This document shows positions 26,660 through 35,912 of a DNA stretch of 40,795 nucleotides, one piece after another. The notes under the pieces are model-generated. The model made no database searches. It saw only the letters and a program-made list of their open reading frames with translations, and was not told where the DNA came from. Each line of letters opens with the position of its first letter. Positions within the stretch are counted from its first letter, which is position 1. This DNA is from a virus (Duplodnaviria > Caudoviricetes), in the IMG/VR virus record IMGVR_UViG_3300031184_000003, positions 1 through 40,795 of that record, one strand, 5' to 3'. Position numbers and translations under genes: made by a program.

Positions 26660-26853
26660 CGCAGCACCACGATCACGAGCACGACGAACAGCACCGCAGT
26701 CCATGCGACAGCACCGAGCACGACACCGAGCCACGGCACACGCATGCCAGGCGGTACACCGACTGGGGTGCTACGGAATGGATCACGGGATGAGCGCAGC
26801 CACCAGTGGCTGACGCCCGGTGCATCGACATTCTGCGAGTGAGTGCGGGTCAT
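26656..26853 (-). CDS. Small membrane protein
   Basis: C-terminal TM segment WLGVVLGAVAWTAVLFVVLVIVV; coupled. Confidence 0.6.
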   Translation of the reverse strand: MTRTHSQNVDAPGVSHWWLRSSRDPFRSTPVGVPPGMRVPWLGVVLGAVAWTAVLFVVLVIVVLR

Positions 26854-27650
26854 CGATCAACCTCCTGACGCCCGAGCATCGGTGCCCATCCGCCTGCCGT
26901 TGGGTCGGCCTGCAGCACGCTGATGCGCGCGGCATCATCGCGCCGACCCTTCACGGTTGCAAGCAGCCACGCCCAGCCCTTCGCATGCTGCACTGCATCG
27001 ACAGCGACTGCGGCCAGCTCATCGACGGTGACGCCGCCGTCGAGCAACGCCGTGAGGCGCGGGTCGCTCGGGTTCACCGAAGCGAAGCCCGCGGCCTTCA
27101 TGGCCTTGCACGCCTCGCCCTCACGATTCGCGCGCGCGCCCGATACGCTCTCGCTAGAGAGCGTATTCTTACTTCTAACATCTAACTTCTCCCCCGTCTC
27201 AGTAACGTCACGCGCACCGTCACGTGACGCGTCACGCAACGCGCACAGCTCGCTCATTGTCGCGTCGTGCCTCACATAGACGCCCATAGTCTCCAACTCG
27301 TTCAAAATCGAAGCCCTCTTCGCGCGATACCTCCGAGTCCTATTACATGCACTGCCATTGGCGGTGTTATATGAAACAGAGTCCAGCTCCAAATCGACCC
27401 GCGCGCTGTGCCTTCCGTCAGCTTCGATGTTGAAGAATTGATTGAGCACGTAGCGCACGATGAGCTGTGTTGGCCCGTTGTGCGCCCGAGCGATGCCGTA
27501 GCACTCTGCGATGTCCAGAGGCAGCGGCTTGCGGTGCAGGTAGCACCAGCACACCAGGCGCCAGTAGCAGCCTTCCTGAGCGGCGCTCAGCTCCACGGTG
27601 TGGCTCATCCAAGCTGCAGGGTACAGCTTCACCCACGGCAGGGCGCTCAC
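26850..27650 (-). CDS. Replication initiator, DUF1376/YdaU-like
   Basis: LPWVKLYP..W...LSAAQEGCYWRL..PLP N-terminal domain; internal iteron-like repeats. Confidence 0.8.
   Translation of the reverse strand: MSALPWVKLYPAAWMSHTVELSAAQEGCYWRLVCWCYLHRKPLPLDIAECYGIARAHNGPTQLIVRYVLNQFFNIEADGRHSARVDLELDSVSYNTANGSACNRTRRYRAKRASILNELETMGVYVRHDATMSELCALRDASRDGARDVTETGEKLDVRSKNTLSSESVSGARANREGEACKAMKAAGFASVNPSDPRLTALLDGGVTVDELAAVAVDAVQHAKGWAWLLATVKGRRDDAARISVLQADPTAGGWAPMLGRQEVDR
27164..27236. other. Putative replication origin inside the initiator gene
   Basis: CGTCACG at 27206, 27218 and 27230 (12-bp period), adjacent to AT-rich TATTCTTACTTCTAACATCTAACTTCT. Confidence 0.6.
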
Positions 27651-27718
27651 CGGCCTACCCCAGCCTTAAAGCCGCCTAAGCAGACAGGGGGTTTCCCCTC
27701 TTCACAGGGCTGAAAGAG

Positions 27719-27748
27719 TTGACAGCTTGACAGTGGCGCCATTATGGT
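27719..27748 (+). promoter_or_regulatory. Sigma70-like promoter antisense to cro (pRE-like)
   Basis: TTGACA-18 nt-TATGGT, with tandem TTGACAG repeat. Confidence 0.5.
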
Positions 27749-27777
27749 TACTCCACAGTGCAACTGCTATGAGCAAC

Positions 27778-28020
27778 CTACAGCGACACCGCATCTTCTT
27801 CCAGGTCTGGCAGCTTGTAGCCCAGCGCCTTGTAGTCTGCAGCGCGCTTGCGGAAGAGTGCACCCATAACACGATCTGCTGTAGACCGTGGCAGCGGCTT
27901 GTCCTTCGGCCACTGGTACACCCACTCTCTCGTTACGGCGAGCAGCTCGCAGAAGCGCTTCATCTTGTGCTGCTCTGGCACGTCAGCGACCAGCAGTGCG
28001 AACGCTGTCTCTTTCATCAT
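27778..28020 (-). CDS. Cro-like HTH protein (start uncertain; could extend to 28101)
   Basis: FCELLAVTREWVYQWP helix-turn-helix; divergent from the repressor. Confidence 0.7.
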   Translation of the reverse strand: MMKETAFALLVADVPEQHKMKRFCELLAVTREWVYQWPKDKPLPRSTADRVMGALFRKRAADYKALGYKLPDLEEDAVSL

Positions 28021-28121
28021 CTTCGTCCCCACGCTGTCACTCAGAGGGCGAGGATGCTCCTTCGCTCTTTGATGCTTTGCAAGCTCAATTCGTCCGACCA
28101 TCCATAGCGCGCTAAGGTCCT

Positions 28122-28556
28122 ATGAAACTACTCTTCCGTATTGACTTAGCCCTGAAGCACGCAGGGAAAACTCGCACCGAACTTGCAGAGCATCTCGACG
28201 TGTCCCGCCAGGCCATCAGCAACCTCGGACGCAAAGAGGAAGCCTCGATGAAGCCTCAACACATCGCAAAGGCCGCGCGCTTCATGAAGTGCGACGTGTA
28301 CTGGCTTTGCACTGGCGAAGGCCGCAGGTACGAACCTCAACCGCTGGATGAACGCACCTTCTCAGAGATAACTGTCAACGTGGCCCTCTGGCTCGAAGCG
28401 CTCGACGAGGCCGCGCGTTATGCGATGTACGGCAAGATCATGGAGCTGCGCGAGCGCGAGCCAGCCATCAGGATGCGCAGCACCCCGATCACCAAGCGCA
28501 CGACAGCTCGCAAGATCACCGCACAGCGCGTCAGCAAACACCAGCGCTCGCGCTAG
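28122..28556 (+). CDS. CI-like XRE HTH repressor without a peptidase domain
   Basis: TRTELAEHLDVSRQAISNL...DVYWLCTGEG; only 144 aa. Confidence 0.8.
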   Translation: MKLLFRIDLALKHAGKTRTELAEHLDVSRQAISNLGRKEEASMKPQHIAKAARFMKCDVYWLCTGEGRRYEPQPLDERTFSEITVNVALWLEALDEAARYAMYGKIMELREREPAIRMRSTPITKRTTARKITAQRVSKHQRSR

Positions 28557-28759
28557 TTATCCACCGCTCAGCAGCGCCTGGGCGCTGCACCGTTTGACCA
28601 CTGGTGCGCCCCACAAGCGCCCACTGGTGCCCACGTGCACCTGTGCATTCGTTGCAGTGGATAAATCAAACCAGTGCCCGCGTGGGCATTGTCTGATTTT
28701 GCTTGCGGCCTGTGCTGCGTCGGAGCGTAATGCCGGCCTGCAGCAACCAGCAGTTGGCA

Positions 28760-29074
28760 ATGACAATCCACCCCGCCGACGCCGCCGCCTACGTGTTGTG
28801 CACCGAATTCTTCGAGGTGCTCAGCGTGGACCCGCATGGGCTGGTGTCGATGCCGCCCAGCACCGAAGGCGAGCGCGGCCCGCTGTCCGATGTCGCGCTC
28901 GCCTTGTTCAACACCGCGCAAGGCCGCCCGCTGTTCGACCAGGTGCTCACCATCGTGCGCCACGCCGCCGTGCACGACGACGCAGCGCTGCATGTGCTGC
29001 GCTCGCTGGGTGCGCTGTATGCGTGTGCCTTCGTCGCCGAGTTGATCGAACAAGGGGCCATCGATGTCCACTGA
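28760..29074 (+). CDS. Hypothetical protein (104 aa)
   Basis: First gene of the early operon; overlaps the next gene. Confidence 0.55.
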   Translation: MTIHPADAAAYVLCTEFFEVLSVDPHGLVSMPPSTEGERGPLSDVALALFNTAQGRPLFDQVLTIVRHAAVHDDAALHVLRSLGALYACAFVAELIEQGAIDVH

Positions 29075-29246
29075 GCCCGCACCCTTCACCATGCCCGTGA
29101 TGATTGCCGAGCTGCAGCGCGAGCTGGCGATGCGCAACAAGGTCTACCCCAAGCATGTCGCGCTGCTCAAGATCACGGTGAACCAGGCGCGCGAGCGCAT
29201 CGCCATCATCGAGGCAGTGATCGAAGTGCTGAAGGGCTTGCAGTGA
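29064..29246 (+). CDS. Conserved small phage protein
   Basis: ELQRELAMRNKVYP motif. Confidence 0.7.
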   Translation: MSTEPAPFTMPVMIAELQRELAMRNKVYPKHVALLKITVNQARERIAIIEAVIEVLKGLQ

Positions 29247-30166
29247 CCGACATCCGCCAGCTCGCCGACACCGAGCAGGCCGACATCGAGCAGGTGGCCG
29301 AGAGCACGCTGCGCGCGCTGTGCCCGGTGGTGCTGCATGGCGTGCCCTCGATCCGCTATCACACAAGCGCTGGATTGAGCCACAGCGGCACCAAAGAGCT
29401 GCGCCGCACCCCGTACCACTTCAAGCGCAAGAGCGAGCCCACAGCGCCCGCTGCGGCCCCTTCCGATGCCATGCTCAACGGCACCCTGGTGCACTGCTCG
29501 CTGCTTGAGCCCGCCGAGTGGCCGCGCCGCTACGTGGTGCCGCCCGAGTCGGCCAACGACAAGCGCACCAAGGCATACAAGGAATTCGCCGCCGAGGCCG
29601 CGCAGCTCGGGCTGACGCCGATCACGCAACTGCAGGCCGATGCAGCCACTGCGCAGGCCGATGCGCTGCGCATGGTGCCCACCGTGGCGCGCCTGCTCGG
29701 CACGCCAGGCGCAGGTGCGGAGGTGTCGGCCTGGTGGATCGATGGGCCCAGCGGCGTGCTGTGCAAGTGCCGGCCCGACTTCGTCGCACCCGTGGGCTAC
29801 GGACGCGGCGCGGTGCTGGTCGATGTCAAGACCACCAGCGACGCCGCGCCCGATGCCTTCGCGCGCAGCGTGCAGACCTTCAGCTACCACACACAAGCAG
29901 CCTGGTACTGCGAGGGCTACGCGTTGGCCTCTGGGCTGCAGGTGCACGGCATGCTGTTCGCCGTCGTCGAGAGCGCCTACCCCTACGCGGCCACCGCCTA
30001 CATGCTCAGCGATGCAGCGCTCGCACTGGCCCGCCGCCTGAACCTCGAAGCACGCGCGCTGTACGCGCGCTGCGCAGCAGCCAACGACTGGCCCGGCTAT
30101 CCGATGGACTCCACGGGCATTAACGTCATCGATCTGCCTTACTGGGCATACCGCGAGGCCGCATGA
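29243..30166 (+). CDS. RecE/exonuclease VIII-like PD-(D/E)XK nuclease
   Basis: LSHSG.K, GTLVHCSLLEP, KCRPD, VDVKTT, YHTQAAWY, WPGY. Confidence 0.9.
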   Translation: MTDIRQLADTEQADIEQVAESTLRALCPVVLHGVPSIRYHTSAGLSHSGTKELRRTPYHFKRKSEPTAPAAAPSDAMLNGTLVHCSLLEPAEWPRRYVVPPESANDKRTKAYKEFAAEAAQLGLTPITQLQADAATAQADALRMVPTVARLLGTPGAGAEVSAWWIDGPSGVLCKCRPDFVAPVGYGRGAVLVDVKTTSDAAPDAFARSVQTFSYHTQAAWYCEGYALASGLQVHGMLFAVVESAYPYAATAYMLSDAALALARRLNLEARALYARCAAANDWPGYPMDSTGINVIDLPYWAYREAA

Positions 30167-30954
30167 CAGACGCCGCACTGATGAAGCCGCCCACCACCTC
30201 GCTTGTGGTGCGCTTTGCGAACCGCTTCGGCCTTGAGCCCTCGCGCATGATGGGCACGCTCAAAGCAACGTGCTTCAAGACCGAAGAGCCGGTGAGCGAC
30301 GAACAAATGGCATCGCTGCTCATCGTGGCCGAGCAGTACAACCTGAACCCGTTCACGCGCGAGCTGTTCGCCTTCGTGGACAAGAAGAGCGGCGGCATCG
30401 TGCCTTACGTCAGCGTCGATGGCTGGTCGCGCATCGTCAACGAGCACCCGCAATTCGACGGCATGGACTTCGCCTCTGACGATCCGCTCAAGTGCACCTG
30501 CACCATGTACCGCAAGGACAGAGCGCACCCGATCACCATCACCGAGTACCTCGCCGAGTGCAAGCGCGGCAGCAGCGCCTGGTCGCTGACGCCGCGGCGC
30601 ATGCTGCGTCACCGCGCGATGACGCAGGCTGCGCGCTACGCCTTCGGCTTCGCGCTGTACGACGAGGAAGAGGCGCGCACTGTGGTGCAGCTCGGCCAGG
30701 TCGAGCGCGTCGAGCCCGCGAGCGCCACCGCCGCAGCGGTGCGCTCGGTGCTGGCGCCGCTGCTGCCCGTTGAAGAGCAGCCCGAGGTCGAGCCGCCGCC
30801 GCGCTCGCTGGCGAGCTGGATGGATGAAGTGATTCACGCAGCGAACGCCGATGACGCGGCGCTTGTCGTCGATGAAGCGCGCGGCGCCCTGCAACAGCCC
30901 GAGCTGGCCGAGCTGGGCACCGCATACCGTACCAAGTGGCAACCCCAGGAGTAA
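30163..30954 (+). CDS. bet: Bet/RecT single-strand annealing protein
   Basis: YNLNPFTRE, VSVDGW.RI.NEHPQFDG, PRRMLRHRA..QAARYAFG. Confidence 0.9.
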   Translation: MTDAALMKPPTTSLVVRFANRFGLEPSRMMGTLKATCFKTEEPVSDEQMASLLIVAEQYNLNPFTRELFAFVDKKSGGIVPYVSVDGWSRIVNEHPQFDGMDFASDDPLKCTCTMYRKDRAHPITITEYLAECKRGSSAWSLTPRRMLRHRAMTQAARYAFGFALYDEEEARTVVQLGQVERVEPASATAAAVRSVLAPLLPVEEQPEVEPPPRSLASWMDEVIHAANADDAALVVDEARGALQQPELAELGTAYRTKWQPQE

Positions 30955-30958
30955 CCCG

Positions 30959-31204
30959 ATGGCCGCAGCAACCCGCATCTATGTCGTGCCCGACAGACTC
31001 AACCCCAAAGCGGCGCCGCGCCTGGTGCGCGCGACGTATCGACACCGCGCCGTGATGCACGTCGCCCAGGATCGATTCGGCGATACGCACATCGCCAAGC
31101 AAGATGAGCTGGTGCGGCTCATCAGTGCGGGCGTGCTGGTGGAGTCTGCTGCCGATGACGACATGCCCGTCATGCCCATCGCGCTCGATGCCATCGCTGC
31201 GTGA
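30959..31204 (+). CDS. Small conserved phage protein
   Basis: AGGAG RBS; TRIYVV..RLVRA..A..HVA motif. Confidence 0.7.
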   Translation: MAAATRIYVVPDRLNPKAAPRLVRATYRHRAVMHVAQDRFGDTHIAKQDELVRLISAGVLVESAADDDMPVMPIALDAIAA

Positions 31205-31322
31205 CAACCCAAGGTTTGCGGGCGTGCCCGAGCTGAGCACCAGTTTTCCCTCTGGCGGTGCGACACGCGTTGAACAGCTCGGCCAGCCCTCGGTGGGCTG
31301 CGCCCTCTTTTAGGAGCACATC

Positions 31323-31826
31323 ATGCCTCTGACTTTCGAGCAGCCGCACAAGGCCAAGCTCATCGACGTGAACCCGCGCAGCGAGGTGCACGGCAAAGAC
31401 CTGAAGCCCGCGCTCGATCTGCGCTTCGAGATGGACGCGAGCCACGCAGTGCTCGACCAGCTTCATCGCAACCTGGCGGGCTTGCTCTTCGAGCGCGACG
31501 AGACGCAACTGCCAGGCGTCGATTCGTGGGCCCTGCGCCTGCCGAAACTCAAGCAGCCGCTGCATTGGGATGACGAGGCGGTCGGTAACGATTTGTCAGT
31601 GGACATGGGCGTGAACGGCGAAGAGCGCATCGAGCTGCACGACTGCCGCGTGCACAAGCACGTTATCCATGCCAAGGAAGGGGGCACCGTTACCCTCTCA
31701 TGGACAGCGAGCTGCACCCACGATCTGACGCGGGAAACCGTTGGTTTGCTGGGTACGCGCGTGCAACACGATGTCGCGGTCGCGTTGAGGGCGACGCAGC
31801 CCGTATTAACTTCAGTTGACATCTAG
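31323..31826 (+). CDS. Conserved phage hypothetical protein (167 aa)
   Basis: AGGAG RBS; NPRSE.HG..PALDL, KEGGTV motifs. Confidence 0.75.
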   Translation: MPLTFEQPHKAKLIDVNPRSEVHGKDLKPALDLRFEMDASHAVLDQLHRNLAGLLFERDETQLPGVDSWALRLPKLKQPLHWDDEAVGNDLSVDMGVNGEERIELHDCRVHKHVIHAKEGGTVTLSWTASCTHDLTRETVGLLGTRVQHDVAVALRATQPVLTSVDI

Positions 31827-31844
31827 CTATGGGCGAGGTGCACA

Positions 31845-33434
31845 ATGCACATTGTTCAGAACGAAGGTGAGCCGCAGGGGGAAGCGGCGAAACCGACGCA
31901 GGAGGTACGACGCATGCCAGAAGCTCGGTTGCTTTGGTCGAAGGCCGACTACATGGTCATCGCAGCGCACGCATTGCCTCACCTCCCCGCTCAAGAGCCC
32001 GCACCGGGCAAGACGCTTTCCACCTCCGCTATCACCGGGCGCATAGCAGCGCTCAAGAAGGGCATGCGCCTGGCGCTGCCGCGCTCGGCCTGGCGCGACG
32101 ACGACGCGCTGCGCATCCTGGTGGGCTTGAACAAGAGCGGCCTGGCCTTCGCAAACGCCATTGCAGCAGTGCGCGCAATGCCGGAACCCGAGCGCGAGAA
32201 GCTGCGCACCTCTGGTCAAGCCACGGCGCACACAAGCCGGCAACGCAGTAGCTCGGTGCCGTATGCGAAGCGCGACTATAGCGGCATGGTCAGGTGGACA
32301 GACCGCGAGCTTGCGCTGCTGGCGCGTCGCATCAAATTCTGGAAAGACGTGCAAGGCCTCGACTACCCGTGGCGGCATCTTTACTGCCTGGCGCAGGAGC
32401 TGGAGCTGCCGCCCGAACGGCGCCGCTCGCAGGCCGGCATCACGCAGGGCGACTACGGCACCGCCCGCAACGAGCGCCACGGCAACGCGGCCATCTTCAA
32501 AGCAGGCTGCGCGCTCATCTGGACGATAGACGCGAAGTTTCCCTTCGACCCAGACCGGCGCGCGTGGGTGGACCCGAGCACACCGCCGCCCGAGCCCGCC
32601 GAGGTGGTGCGTCTTGAAGTGATCGAACCGCCGTCGCCATTCGCCGACATCGAGGCAGACGGCGCCGACCGCTCGGCTTGCGTTGAGGCCGCGCCAGCGC
32701 TGGCGCCTGCACCCGCACCCACACCCCCATCGCAGCGCTCGCCGTCGATTGCAGAGGCCGCCAGAGCCTTCACAGAGCACATTCAGCGGGGCGTCGAGAT
32801 TCTGCTCGCGGCTCACGAGCAGGCCATCATCGGGCGAATGTCGAGCCAGGTCGAAGCGCTCGGGCGCCAACTGGCGGTTGGCATCACCACGCAGTTGCGC
32901 AGCTCGATCTTCGGGACCGTGCACCAGGCGCTGGAGCAAGAGCTAGGAGGGCCAGTGACATCACCCGTGACAGCGGCACCGATGCCACCGGAAGCGCCGG
33001 CTACTCCAGCGCCTGACGTGCCACCCGATGACGACGTGGCCGATGCCGAGATGATGCGCCGCGCCGCGAAGGCCAACGCCGAGATGATGCGCTCGCAGAC
33101 CTTCAGCAGCGACAGCGGGCACCACACGCTGCCGCAGCAGCAAGAGGCGCCGCCAAAATTCAAGCTCAAGATCGATGTCATCGGGCTGTTTCCACGACAG
33201 ATCGAAGAGGTGAGGCGCGCGGTCAACGGCGGCGCTGACTTGAACTTCATCGACCACGATCACCCGCAGCAGTGGCAGCCGCATCACGCGGACCACGTCA
33301 TCGTGGTGAGCAAGGGCGTCAACGCGCTCATCCTCAACCGCATTCGCAAAGAGGGCGTGCGTCCGCTGATGCTGCGCGAGGCCGGCGCCAGCGGCGTCGT
33401 CAACGCTATCAACGAGATGAAGGCCGCAGCATGA
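31845..33434 (+). CDS. Multidomain hypothetical protein (529 aa)
   Basis: GAGGTG RBS; repeated W-motif helices; C-terminal alpha/beta (DUF2325-like) region. Confidence 0.7.
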   Translation: MHIVQNEGEPQGEAAKPTQEVRRMPEARLLWSKADYMVIAAHALPHLPAQEPAPGKTLSTSAITGRIAALKKGMRLALPRSAWRDDDALRILVGLNKSGLAFANAIAAVRAMPEPEREKLRTSGQATAHTSRQRSSSVPYAKRDYSGMVRWTDRELALLARRIKFWKDVQGLDYPWRHLYCLAQELELPPERRRSQAGITQGDYGTARNERHGNAAIFKAGCALIWTIDAKFPFDPDRRAWVDPSTPPPEPAEVVRLEVIEPPSPFADIEADGADRSACVEAAPALAPAPAPTPPSQRSPSIAEAARAFTEHIQRGVEILLAAHEQAIIGRMSSQVEALGRQLAVGITTQLRSSIFGTVHQALEQELGGPVTSPVTAAPMPPEAPATPAPDVPPDDDVADAEMMRRAAKANAEMMRSQTFSSDSGHHTLPQQQEAPPKFKLKIDVIGLFPRQIEEVRRAVNGGADLNFIDHDHPQQWQPHHADHVIVVSKGVNALILNRIRKEGVRPLMLREAGASGVVNAINEMKAAA

Positions 33435-33898
33435 AACTCAATGTGCGCCCGCTGGATGAGGCGTGGGCCAAGCGCTGCGAAGAGCTGGCAGAGGCAGCGG
33501 CCAAAGAGCTGCGCTCGCTGGTGCTGATGATTAGCGTGCAAGATAGCGGCAAGCTCGGCATCTGCACAGGCGGCCTCGACACACCAGGCGAAGAGTTGGA
33601 CGAGATGCGCAAGATCATGCGCGACGATCCGCCGCACTTCTTTCGCATGCTCGCGCACCTGTGCGAGCACCGCGGGGCCGAAGAGCTGCCGCCACTATCC
33701 GAACAGCGGCCCGAGCTGCAGTTCATGCCCGGCTGCTTCGACGGCTTCGAGGGCACACAGCAAGAGCTGCAGGAGCTGATGGCCGAGCTGCGCACCATGT
33801 TCGCCAGCGGCGAGATTCAGCGCGGCGCGCGCCAGCTCTCGCCCGATGAAGTCATCGAGCTGATGCAAGAGATGGGCAAGCGGGGCACGCGGCAATGA
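33431..33898 (+). CDS. Hypothetical protein
   Basis: ATGA-coupled; PGCFDGFEGTQQELQEL motif. Confidence 0.65.
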   Translation: MKLNVRPLDEAWAKRCEELAEAAAKELRSLVLMISVQDSGKLGICTGGLDTPGEELDEMRKIMRDDPPHFFRMLAHLCEHRGAEELPPLSEQRPELQFMPGCFDGFEGTQQELQELMAELRTMFASGEIQRGARQLSPDEVIELMQEMGKRGTRQ

Positions 33899-34170
33899 AG
33901 CTCGGCAGGCATGAGCGCGCCGCGCATTTCTCCGAGGCGAACGTCGTCGAGCTGCGCCCCGGCGATGCGTGCGTGGTGTTCCGCGCCGAGGGCGACATGG
34001 TCGATGTGGTCGCGTTCGAGTCGGGTGAGAAGATCGGCATGGAGTCGCCGCTGTACCAGGTGGCGCGCGTCCGCTGCCTGTACGCAGCGACACCCGAGGC
34101 CGACGCGCTGCGCTCGCGGCTCGACGACATGGTGCGCTCGATGCTGGGCCCACCGATGCAGGAGCACTGA
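33895..34170 (+). CDS. Hypothetical protein (91 aa)
   Basis: ATGA-coupled. Confidence 0.65.
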   Translation: MKLGRHERAAHFSEANVVELRPGDACVVFRAEGDMVDVVAFESGEKIGMESPLYQVARVRCLYAATPEADALRSRLDDMVRSMLGPPMQEH

Positions 34171-34493
34171 TGGACATCGAAGGCACCGTGCTGCAGTTCA
34201 AAGGCGAGCGCAAAGAGCCGCCTGACGGCTCGCGCATGCTGGTGCCTGTGAACCCCGGCAAGTGCCGGCACCTCTTCGTCACCTTTGAGGTGGACCGCAG
34301 CGCCGGAGTGTGCCGCTGCAAGGCGTGCGGCGAAACCGTATCTGCGATGTTCGTGTTGGAGCAACTGATGCACCAGGAGAGTCAGTGGCTGCGCACGCGC
34401 GCAGCCTATCAAGACGAGATGGCCCGATTGGCCGAGCGCTCGCGCACCAAGTGCTGCAACTGCGGCCAAATGACGCGCATCAGCAGAGGGTGA
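34170..34493 (+). CDS. Zinc-finger protein
   Basis: CRH, CKAC, CCNCGQM; TGATG coupling. Confidence 0.75.
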   Translation: MDIEGTVLQFKGERKEPPDGSRMLVPVNPGKCRHLFVTFEVDRSAGVCRCKACGETVSAMFVLEQLMHQESQWLRTRAAYQDEMARLAERSRTKCCNCGQMTRISRG

Positions 34494-34500
34494 ACGCGCC

Positions 34501-34968
34501 GTGAGCCTCGACATGACGCCGCTGCGCACCATCGAGCTGCAACTGCAGCACGTGATGTGGCTGCGCGAGATGCTGGTGAACGATGCGCGCATCGCGTATC
34601 GCTGGCTGTGGGCGAACCGCGCGATGGGCGTCGTGTGCCTCGCATGCGGCTTTTGGTCCACGACAGCGCTGTGGCACTGCGAGCCGTTCGCGTTGGTCTG
34701 GTGGGTCAACCTCGTGGCCGCGCTGCTGAACTTCGGCTTGACACCGTACAACCTCTGGCGCGGCGAACGCAGCTTCAACAAGCAACTGCAGGATGCCGCG
34801 ATGCTGCCGCAGGCCATTGCCGGCATGAAGCGAGCGCGCGAGATTGCACTGCGCTGTCCCGAGCTGGGCCCGAGCAGCGAGCCGTGCACGTTCTGCCCGC
34901 CAGGGCAAGAATGCCCGTTCACTGCGGCGGCGCGCCAGCTCAAAGAATTGAAGGAAGCAGCACGATGA
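34501..34968 (+). CDS. Membrane protein with Cys-rich tail
   Basis: Two hydrophobic segments; C..CTFC..CP. Confidence 0.6.
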   Translation: MSLDMTPLRTIELQLQHVMWLREMLVNDARIAYRWLWANRAMGVVCLACGFWSTTALWHCEPFALVWWVNLVAALLNFGLTPYNLWRGERSFNKQLQDAAMLPQAIAGMKRAREIALRCPELGPSSEPCTFCPPGQECPFTAAARQLKELKEAAR

Positions 34969-35071
34969 AGATGCGCCGGCTGAAGAAGTTATGGGTTTGG
35001 CACACGCTGCTGCACGCGATGCAGCGACGCGTGTTCGCCGACTTCAGGCGCGCACTGCGCGAGCGTGGCCC

Positions 35072-35461
35072 ATGACCATCGGTATCTTCGTGTTCGGCAG
35101 CAACCTCGCCGGCCACCACGGCGCAGGTGCTGCGCTCGCTGCGTACAACGATCACCAAGCGCGGCGCGGCATCGGCGAGGGCCCCACCGGGCAGGCCTAC
35201 GCCATCCCGACGAAGGATCGTGAGCTGCGCCCGCTGCCGCGTGTCGTCATCCATCGGCACGTGCGCAAATTCATCGAGTACGCGCGCCAGCACCCCGCGC
35301 TGCACTTCGTGGTGACACGCGTGGGCTGCGGCCTGGCGGGCTACACCGATGCCGACATCGCGCCATTCTTCGTCGATGCGCCCGACAACTGCCAGTTGCC
35401 CGATGGGTGGCGCACGCTCGCGCGAGCGATGCCCGAAGGGGGCGAGCTGTTCGATGTGTAG
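35072..35461 (+). CDS. A1S_2505-family (macro-like) phage non-structural protein
   Basis: IFVFGSNLAG.HGAGAA, YAIPTK, VTRVGCGLAGY. Confidence 0.85.
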   Translation: MTIGIFVFGSNLAGHHGAGAALAAYNDHQARRGIGEGPTGQAYAIPTKDRELRPLPRVVIHRHVRKFIEYARQHPALHFVVTRVGCGLAGYTDADIAPFFVDAPDNCQLPDGWRTLARAMPEGGELFDV

Positions 35462-35556
35462 GGCAAACCCCATCGCCCCAAAGTCTCATGTGCAGCGAAC
35501 ACATCTCTGCGGCAAGATGCCCGCGCAACAACAACGTCACCGCATCGGAGCAACCC

Positions 35557-35844
35557 ATGCAGTTGATGAGCCCGGAGACTGCCGATACGCCCGAGCTGCT
35601 CGCCGAGCTGGCGCGCCGCACAGAGCGATACCGCGCCGATGTGAAGGCCACGCTGGGCCCGTACGTCATGCTGCACGTGCATGCTGCGATGCGCCGCTGC
35701 GGCGTCGAGCCGCACGTGCTCGGCCTGGCGGTCGGTGTTGACTTCGGCGATGAACTCTTCGTTTACACCGAAGAGCTGCTGGCCGACCAGCTCGACGGCA
35801 TCATCGCGTCCTTGAACAACATCAAAGCCGGCAACGGCAAGTGA
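35557..35844 (+). CDS. Hypothetical protein
   Basis: GGAG RBS before ATG 35557. Confidence 0.55.
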   Translation: MQLMSPETADTPELLAELARRTERYRADVKATLGPYVMLHVHAAMRRCGVEPHVLGLAVGVDFGDELFVYTEELLADQLDGIIASLNNIKAGNGK

Positions 35845-35912
35845 CCACAGAGGGCCCTTAGGGCCCCAAGGCTCAACGCAAGCAACCCAGAGGGTCCACG
35901 TAGAGGTGGACC

